A DNA stretch of 64,000 nt, taken from IMG/VR virus record IMGVR_UViG_3300025828_000014. One strand, 5' to 3'. Position numbers and translations under genes: made by a program. Position 1 is the first letter of the stretch; each line of letters opens with the position of its first letter. The notes under the pieces were generated by a model. The model had not been told where the DNA came from, did not search any database, and was given only the letters and a program-made list of their open reading frames with translations. The stretch comes from a virus. This document shows positions 57,901 to 64,000 of this stretch, in pieces.

Positions 57901-60900
57901 TGCGCCTTTAAGTGTAATACCGCCGCCATCTGCTGTAGTATCAGTTGGAGTAGCGACAGTTCCTAATTCAATGTTTTTGTCATCAATTTGTAGTGTAGTT
58001 GAATTAAGAGTAGTTGTTGTTCCGTTTACAGTTAAGTCACCTGTTACAACAACATCACCAGCTATGTTAGTGTTACCAGTTGCATATGCAATAGTAAATT
58101 TAGTTAAACTATCTCCAAAACCTAAATCACCAGTTGCACCAATTTGCATACGCTGAGTGCCTGCTGTTAAAAAATCGAGCTCGTCATTATCGGCACCAGC
58201 ACTTGTCTCTGGTCTAATAAGTGTGTCTTGGTCAACGTCTTTAACACCACCTAGTGAACCCCAGTTACTTCCATCGTAACCTTCAAATGTGCTGTCGCTT
58301 GTATTATAGCGAATTTGACCTTGTGCAGCAGTTACATATATACCTGCTTCACCTGGACGCTGCGCACTTGTTCCTACAGGAACTTTTATACCAGTTGTAT
58401 CTGTGAACTTTGTATATCCAGTTACAGTCATAACACCTTCTGTATCAATACGCATACGCTCTGTAATGGTTTGTAGTGCTTCTCCTGTAGTGCTTTCTTC
58501 GCCAGTTTCAACAATAAAGTCGCCGCCGGTTGCATTACCAGTTCCAATGCCTGGACGTAGCGTCAAAGAACCGCCGCCTATATTTGTGCCAATGCCGCCT
58601 TCGCCTTTAATTAGTGCAGGTAATGGACTTGTTCCGAATTCACCACCACCAATTACAACGTTTTGGTTTTTAATAACAATAGTATTTTCTTTTGATATTG
58701 TTCCAATCTGTGTCACAGCTGGATTAGCGTTTACGTTGTTGTTTGTTCTAATTGTAAAAGAAGTAGCATTTTCAGTTGCACCAATAACCGGCCATTGTCC
58801 GTCAAGATTTGCAATCCCACTACTTGCAACAATAACTGTATCTCCTACTCTAACACCAAGTGTTAATGGTGTATTTGTAAAAGTAATAGTTGTTCCTGTT
58901 AAAACACTACCTGTTAAATCTTGGCTTAAAAATACTTCGTCATCTGTGATACCAGTTACAGTTGTGTTAGCTGGAATACTACCACTACCGGCCACAGTCA
59001 TGCCAAATGCAACTTGAGAGGTATCACCAAACAACAATACCTTTTCGCCGTTTGCACTTGCAGAAGAAGTTGATAAATTAATAGCTGATAAATTAACAAC
59101 TACATCTTGAGTGTTAGTTGCTTCATATGTATCAACACTTGTGCTAATATTTCTGCTATCACTGTTTTTACCTATTTTTACATTTTCAGCATCGCCACCA
59201 ATTTCGAGTGTAGAAACGTTTTGATTGTAAACTTGGCCTAGTGATGTGCTGCTAGAACTTAGTTTAGCTGATCCAACATCCAAACCTTCTGCAAGATCAA
59301 GTGCTGTGCCCCATTCGGGGGTAACACCATTTGATTTTAAGAATGTGTTAGCTCTACCAATGTTAAGTGTATTCAAACTTGCAGCTGATTGTGCATACAA
59401 AAGATCACCAATTGCATAAGTTGTGATATTGGTTCCACCTCTATTAACTGGCACAGGACTAGTTAGGTTAGCAGGGTTTAAGAAATAAGCACTATCCAAG
59501 CTGTCCAAGGTTCCTGCATCTACAACACCGTCTTTGATGAAAACTTCACCACTACCGTTTGAGTTAACATCAAATTGGGTTTGTAGGAATCTACTTGTTC
59601 CAAGTGTTGAGAATGTTCCAAGTGGATCGTAGTCAGCGTTAGCTATACCAATGTTTACTGGATCACCGTAGAATTCAGCATTTGAACTTGATCCTGTTAA
59701 GGTGATTGGGTTATCTGTTGTGTTTGCTTTTTTTAGACTTTGAACAACAGTGTCATATCTGCTATCACCAAATAGAACTGTGTCGCTATTAGCAACCCCA
59801 CTTGAACCAAGTCTACTTGGAGAAATAGTTCCAGAAATAATGTTTTCTGCATCAATATTTGTAGCAGCTAGTGTGTTCCAGTTTGACTTAATTCTACTTG
59901 AAGTGTTTACAATTTCAGTTACTCTTGTATTACTTGGCGTAATTCTTGCAGCACCTACACCTTTTGTTCCGATGTCTTTTCTGTTTGTAACAAGTCCGTT
60001 AATACTACTCAACGCATCTGAACGTAGTGTGTGTAATGTAAACGAGTTTGTAGTTACTGATCCTACAAAGAATCTTGATCCGTCTACAATTTCTTTACCG
60101 TCAATGTTTGGAAGAGCGTTAGAAGTAGACCCATCTGTTAATGTGTTAATTCTTATAGCATCAGCTGTTGTAAGTCCGTGGTTTTGAACTATAATACTAT
60201 CGTCTGTTAAGTTAACAGCATGTCTACTAAAATTATGATTGTTGTTTAACGGAGTTGTTAGGAATTCAATTTTATTTAACAAACTGTAATCTTCGTAGAC
60301 TTCGATAGTATCGACATCAATGCGTTTAGCATAATACACACTACCATTTAAAAGACCGCCAATAGCAACATTGCCCAATGTATCGTATGTAAGCGGATCG
60401 CCGTCTAGCAATCCGTGTCCAGCAATAGTAATTCTGTTTGTAGTGTAATCAACACTACCACCACCTGCAGTTGTGCCTGCTAAGAAGTTCAAGCTAATTA
60501 CATTGTCAAGTCCTATATCAAATGAATTGTTTACAGCATCAACGTCTTCGATAAAGTCAATACTTGAACTAGATGCAACAAACAATTCTCCGCCAAGAAT
60601 ATTTACATATATACGTTTTTCTATAGCAGATACATCTATTTCAAAACTACTACCTGTGCCACCTATGTCTGCTGCGTTTGCACTTAATCTATCTCCAACA
60701 ACATACCCTGTGCCACCTCTCCTAAGGTCTACATCGCTTACTGCGCCTGCCGTTACAGTAATATCTGCTTTTGCACCTGATCCAACACCTGTTATACTTG
60801 TTAAAGAAACATTTTCGTAAATTTTATTACCTTGTGTTGGAGTATACCCGCTACCGCCAGTGATATTTGCGTTGTCTACATTAACAGCAACACCGTATCT

Positions 60901-63900
60901 TTCTTCTGTAACTGCACCTTGTGCATTACCGTCAGCACTTGTTACAACACTGAAAACATTGCCTGTTCTACTAATAGTTGAAACATCTATACCAATATTA
61001 GCAATCGTAAAAGAAGTCGATGTAGGAGTAGATAAAACTTCGCCGTTTACGTTGAATGTCTCGTCTTCAACACATTCGACTCTTACTTGGTTACCAACAT
61101 ATAATCCATGAGCAGAACTTGTAACAATAGTTTGAATATTACTTGCTCTAGATACACTACTTAGACTTACAATTGTAAAATTATAATCAAGAGAAGGATC
61201 TAATATCAAATACTGACTGGTGTTGGAACTTTTTAGGAAGTAGTTGTCAATAATAGCAGTTGATGCACCTTTGCTTGTTGGATAAACTCCTGAGTCTACA
61301 CCATCAACAAACAAGTTTAAGTTGTTTGTGATATCCCAAGGATCGCCAACACTGTCGTCTGTTTCGTCCCAAGCAAGTCCTGTTGTTGCAACTAAAATAT
61401 TTCCACTGGTGCTAAATGTTCCTTTTGCGTATCCAGTAGCACCAGTTACACCTGGTTGTGTAATAACTGCACCATCTGATGCTGTGATATTGCCACTAAG
61501 AGTCAATTGGACTTGTTCAAAGTTTTCTGTTCCGATATCACCAGCAGACAAATTAACTGCTGGAATTTCGTCGACTTGTGTTAGTCTTGAATTATATCCT
61601 TCTGTGTTTGTGTTGGTAAACTGACGTGTTGCAGGAATAAGTTCGCCGTTGAGCTGACCATTTGTGTTCAACTGAACAATAGCACCTGGAACAGCAGCAG
61701 TTGACACAGTTTTGTCAACAAAGCCACCTAACCTGTTTGAAATAAAACTTCTTACTGCTAATTGTGTTGAAAGTCTAGCATTACTCGGGCCGCCAATTTC
61801 GTCATCACCCAAGTTCACATCTGTTGAAATTTCTTCAATAGCAACATTAGACAGACTTAGTTTTAGAGCATCTAGTTCGTCCACCTGAACTTTGTTTCTA
61901 AATGTAATGTTACCAGTTCTGTTAAACGCTGTAATAAAGTCACCAACTTTAAAGTCACCAAGTTCGTTTGTTCCTGATGAATAAACTCGTCCTGGCAATT
62001 CTTCGTATTGTTCGTATTCTGCTCTTGTGTTACCACCGTTTTGTGGAAGTGCGTTATAGTCTGTTCCTGAACCAGCATATTCCCAAGTGTGTGCAGATGA
62101 GTTAACAATACTCGGTCTGTGGAACCATATTTGTTTTTCTGGTAGATTGGCAGTATTTGTAACACTGCTACTACCGTCTGTAGCTGTAATAGAGAATGTT
62201 GCTGTGCCTAATCCAGTTTTTGCAGATACTTCATTGATTGCAATAGTTGTATTTGGACTAGGAGAATGGTCTTGTGTAATTGTGCTGGTTGCATCAAATT
62301 GAATTCTCAATACGCTTGATCCTACAGCTACTTCTTCAATACTTACAATAAGTCTACGTTCTTCTGGTTCCCAACTATGCACAAATGCACTGTTGTTGTT
62401 TGCACCTGTTGTTCCTTGAATTGCTCTACCAGGAACAAAATAATAGCTTTCAGATCCTGATTCGAGAATCAATGTTTGATATGTTTGGTGTGAACTTAAA
62501 ATTTCTTCAACATAGAATTCTATAATGTCTGTTCTAAAAATATGTGTGCCACTATTTGTAGCATTTGTAAATAGATCTACTGGAAATTCTAAGCTGTCAT
62601 CAAATGTTAAACTGAATGTATTTTCATCTAACACATTAGCATAGTATGTTTGTTCGTCGTTTAAACCACCAATAGACGGATTTCCATTGTTATCGTAAAT
62701 TAATTTTTCGCCGTTTGTAAATCCATGTCCGGTAATAGTAAACACACCTGTGCCTAAATTAATATCTGTGGCCGCATTAAAGTTTGTTGTAGTAGGAGTT
62801 GGAATAAAGCTGTTTGTTATATCGCCTTCACTTGTTACTTCTGCAGGTGATGGAATTTCTTCTGGAGCTCTAATTGCTTCACTTACAATATTAAATCTAC
62901 CTTGGACAAAATCTTCAATAGCAGTTGTAATTCCAGTTTTACCTGTAATCACTGCATTTGTATAAGTAGCAGCTTGTTGGATAGCTGCAATTGTTTGCAA
63001 TTCTTCGCCTGCAAATACACTTCTAGTTGAGTCTGCTAGGTTGGCAGTAAAGTAGCTTAAACCTGCACTACGAGAATATCTATTACCTGTATCCCAAGTG
63101 TCTTTTGCTACTGCATCAATAATTAATTTTGTATCACGTAAACATTTGCTTTGATCGTATGTAAAGTTATACCATTTTGCTGCATCAATACTTTCGTTAA
63201 TATAACGTGTGACTCTTTGCGCAATGTTTGCTTGTCCAACTGCGTCTAATCTGATAAAGTCATCTTGTAATGTTTGTGATACACCTAATGCATTTAAATC
63301 AGGCTCAATTAGAGTTATATCAACTGTGCCATCTTGATCTAAATAGCCAACAATTTCTCCAATTCTTGCTTCAACAAAAGACTCTTCAGTTACAGTTGCT
63401 GGTGTTCCGCTAGTGTCTTGTGTTAAAACGTTTCCTGTTGAAACTGCTACTGCTGTTTCTGTAACAATTTCACCAACAACAATTTTTAACCTATTGTATG
63501 CTGCAATAGTTTCATCTTTTTCACCTGACCCAAATTGTGCATTTGTTCCAACAAAATATTGTATAGCTGCATCTATAGTTTGTAAGTTACCATTAGTAGA
63601 TAAGTCATACACAAGTGCATCAATAATCAAACCAACATCATTTTCACATTTTGCTGCGTTGTATGTAAACGTAGTTGAGAATGGAGCAGTTCCTGCTGAA
63701 ACTTGACTTGCAATCCATGCAGTAATTTCTTTTTTAATAAATTCTTTGTTTGCAATAAGTTGGTTTCTTGCATTTAATGCATTTGTATTAATTGCAGTTG
63801 GTAATACTCTAGCGTCTACTAAATCATCTCCAGCAACACTTGCACTACTTCCAGCATCTAATACTTCTACTATTTCGTCCCAAAGTGCATCAGATCTTGA

Positions 63901-63999
63901 TTCAAAAGTTGCATCTTGTATAATTTGTGCTGTAAATGTTTTAGCATTTTGGTAAGCATCAATATGTTGCTCTTTTTGAGTAGCAAAAAGAGTTGGATC
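54958..63999 (-). CDS. Giant tail fibre/structural protein with C-terminal peptidase S74 intramolecular chaperone (5'-truncated, >3000 aa)
   Basis: Frame stays open to the window end; Gly/Thr/Ser-rich fibre repeats (DADTLDG.DS..FLRS), KC.RD repeats, SSDRRLKENI...GVIAQEVE...LFIEAIKEQ. Confidence 0.9.
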   Translation of the reverse strand, partial: DPTLFATQKEQHIDAYQNAKTFTAQIIQDATFESRSDALWDEIVEVLDAGSSASVAGDDLVDARVLPTAINTNALNARNQLIANKEFIKKEITAWIASQVSAGTAPFSTTFTYNAAKCENDVGLIIDALVYDLSTNGNLQTIDAAIQYFVGTNAQFGSGEKDETIAAYNRLKIVVGEIVTETAVAVSTGNVLTQDTSGTPATVTEESFVEARIGEIVGYLDQDGTVDITLIEPDLNALGVSQTLQDDFIRLDAVGQANIAQRVTRYINESIDAAKWYNFTYDQSKCLRDTKLIIDAVAKDTWDTGNRYSRSAGLSYFTANLADSTRSVFAGEELQTIAAIQQAATYTNAVITGKTGITTAIEDFVQGRFNIVSEAIRAPEEIPSPAEVTSEGDITNSFIPTPTTTNFNAATDINLGTGVFTITGHGFTNGEKLIYDNNGNPSIGGLNDEQTYYANVLDENTFSLTFDDSLEFPVDLFTNATNSGTHIFRTDIIEFYVEEILSSHQTYQTLILESGSESYYFVPGRAIQGTTGANNNSAFVHSWEPEERRLIVSIEEVAVGSSVLRIQFDATSTITQDHSPSPNTTIAINEVSAKTGLGTATFSITATDGSSSVTNTANLPEKQIWFHRPSIVNSSAHTWEYAGSGTDYNALPQNGGNTRAEYEQYEELPGRVYSSGTNELGDFKVGDFITAFNRTGNITFRNKVQVDELDALKLSLSNVAIEEISTDVNLGDDEIGGPSNARLSTQLAVRSFISNRLGGFVDKTVSTAAVPGAIVQLNTNGQLNGELIPATRQFTNTNTEGYNSRLTQVDEIPAVNLSAGDIGTENFEQVQLTLSGNITASDGAVITQPGVTGATGYAKGTFSTSGNILVATTGLAWDETDDSVGDPWDITNNLNLFVDGVDSGVYPTSKGASTAIIDNYFLKSSNTSQYLILDPSLDYNFTIVSLSSVSRASNIQTIVTSSAHGLYVGNQVRVECVEDETFNVNGEVLSTPTSTSFTIANIGIDVSTISRTGNVFSVVTSADGNAQGAVTEERYGVAVNVDNANITGGSGYTPTQGNKIYENVSLTSITGVGSGAKADITVTAGAVSDVDLRRGGTGYVVGDRLSANAADIGGTGSSFEIDVSAIEKRIYVNILGGELFVASSSSIDFIEDVDAVNNSFDIGLDNVISLNFLAGTTAGGGSVDYTTNRITIAGHGLLDGDPLTYDTLGNVAIGGLLNGSVYYAKRIDVDTIEVYEDYSLLNKIEFLTTPLNNNHNFSRHAVNLTDDSIIVQNHGLTTADAIRINTLTDGSTSNALPNIDGKEIVDGSRFFVGSVTTNSFTLHTLRSDALSSINGLVTNRKDIGTKGVGAARITPSNTRVTEIVNTSSRIKSNWNTLAATNIDAENIISGTISPSRLGSSGVANSDTVLFGDSRYDTVVQSLKKANTTDNPITLTGSSSNAEFYGDPVNIGIANADYDPLGTFSTLGTSRFLQTQFDVNSNGSGEVFIKDGVVDAGTLDSLDSAYFLNPANLTSPVPVNRGGTNITTYAIGDLLYAQSAASLNTLNIGRANTFLKSNGVTPEWGTALDLAEGLDVGSAKLSSSSTSLGQVYNQNVSTLEIGGDAENVKIGKNSDSRNISTSVDTYEATNTQDVVVNLSAINLSTSSASANGEKVLLFGDTSQVAFGMTVAGSGSIPANTTVTGITDDEVFLSQDLTGSVLTGTTITFTNTPLTLGVRVGDTVIVASSGIANLDGQWPVIGATENATSFTIRTNNNVNANPAVTQIGTISKENTIVIKNQNVVIGGGEFGTSPLPALIKGEGGIGTNIGGGSLTLRPGIGTGNATGGDFIVETGEESTTGEALQTITERMRIDTEGVMTVTGYTKFTDTTGIKVPVGTSAQRPGEAGIYVTAAQGQIRYNTSDSTFEGYDGSNWGSLGGVKDVDQDTLIRPETSAGADNDELDFLTAGTQRMQIGATGDLGFGDSLTKFTIAYATGNTNIAGDVVVTGDLTVNGTTTTLNSTTLQIDDKNIELGTVATPTDTTADGGGITLKGATDHTITWSNANDSWDFSEHVNIISGKVYRINNTEVLSANTLGTNVINSSLQNVGALDGGSITSNFGNINIGTSNLTATGTITLGATSFGDNNITNVGSIALDTISGDNGSSMNFASSTVVNIDNVTQSTASTNGALIVDGGVGIAKNLHVGGILNGNGSGLTTLNATNLSSGTVNDARLPTSQAGKTFTSDITVNGFRIGQGALAESTNLIFGDGDSITTGAQYNTGIGSGSIHGALSGDKNTAVGYVALSALTSANNNTAIGSDSQEQRTNAGNNNTSVGADTMANSTAGDDNTGVGYQALEIVTGSDNTVLGASTGRTLTSGSNNILIGKGIETATNTTSNFMQIGNASNNSLSIPGVNTTVTTTSFTYSGTNGFSGVGTNLTALNASNLTSGTVPDGRISSSSVVQHQLDITGTGALDAGSITSGFGSINIGADNLTATGSVSLGATSFNDNNITNVGSIALDTIGADNGVSINFNSSTVVNIDNTTQSTASTNGALIVDGGVGIAKDVYVNGTINGNGSGLTSLNASNLGTGTVPNARIDGTYSNLTGTGALDAGSITSNFGNINIGTSTFTGNGSGLTSVDAATLDSIDSASFLRSDENDTTTGLLTINRNNSEQLRLQTQGSTQSPYISFYQAGTRRGYIQYVNGGAMRIYNDRTDEYLDINSGVNGLTYNVGGTNYTVWHAGNDGSASGLDADTLDGVDSGSFLRSDANDSFSGTISGAGSINITGNITAATFTGDGSGITGVTASDADTLDGIDSTGFIRSTATASQNIYIRNTSPTLYFRDTDHNVAMLHTNSDLFYILRGADDSTSWTQVNSQWPAYWNLTNNNAQMGGSLSAVGEVTAYSSDRRLKENIVPIENALDKVKSLHGVNFDWKAEVNDLGFHPVTMKNDAGVIAQEVEAVLPQAIAKAPFDTEWDSEAKEYKSKSGENYITVKYEKLAPLFIEAIKEQDAKIEAQAAEIAELKEMVKKLLDK

Positions 64000-64000
64000 A

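Noticed and set aside
55440-63955. Many long + strand ORFs (e.g. 56000-56677, 58403-59017) opposite the fibre gene
   Set aside because: Shadow ORFs produced by the codon bias of a Gly/Thr/Ser-rich gene; no SD or promoter
1-64000. Stop-codon reassignment, tRNA genes, introns
   Set aside because: Core genes read intact in the standard code with all three stop codons used; no cloverleaf or interrupted gene was recognised by eye (tRNAscan not run)

Overview
A 64-kb segment of a large T4-like (myovirus, probably jumbo) bacteriophage genome with a likely Gram-negative host. Positions 1-1.5 kb hold small + strand early genes with sigma70 promoters. A structured non-coding junction follows, and almost everything after it is on the - strand. 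Replication and recombination genes include two different C-family (DnaE-type) polymerase genes, DnaB/gp41 helicase, primase, a gp62-like clamp-loader subunit, UvsW, UvsX, UvsY and gp32 SSB. They are interleaved with many glycan/nucleotide-sugar genes: KdsA, KdsB, three KpsS-like domains, several GT-A proteins, UDP-sugar dehydrogenase and epimerase, methyltransferases, a carbamoyltransferase and a radical SAM protein. Next come head-associated proteins, terminase, tail tube, sheath and neck genes, and a giant S74-chaperoned fibre gene truncated by the window edge. Strongest candidate novelties: (1) a separately promoted operon behind the fibre encoding an unannotated 54-aa peptide, a 125-aa protein, a GT2 and a 1496-aa protein of about 11 DxD-less GT-like repeats plus one intact GT-A domain; (2) a 186-aa mini-DnaE keeping all three catalytic Asp motifs, alongside a PHP-less 548-aa DnaE; (3) a putative capsid-internal polyprotein with metallothionein-like peptides between prohead-protease-type sites; (4) a triple AG(G/A)CA leader motif shared by gp32, dnaE and early genes; (5) widespread apparent leaderless transcripts. 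All calls come from reading motifs by eye; no database search was run.
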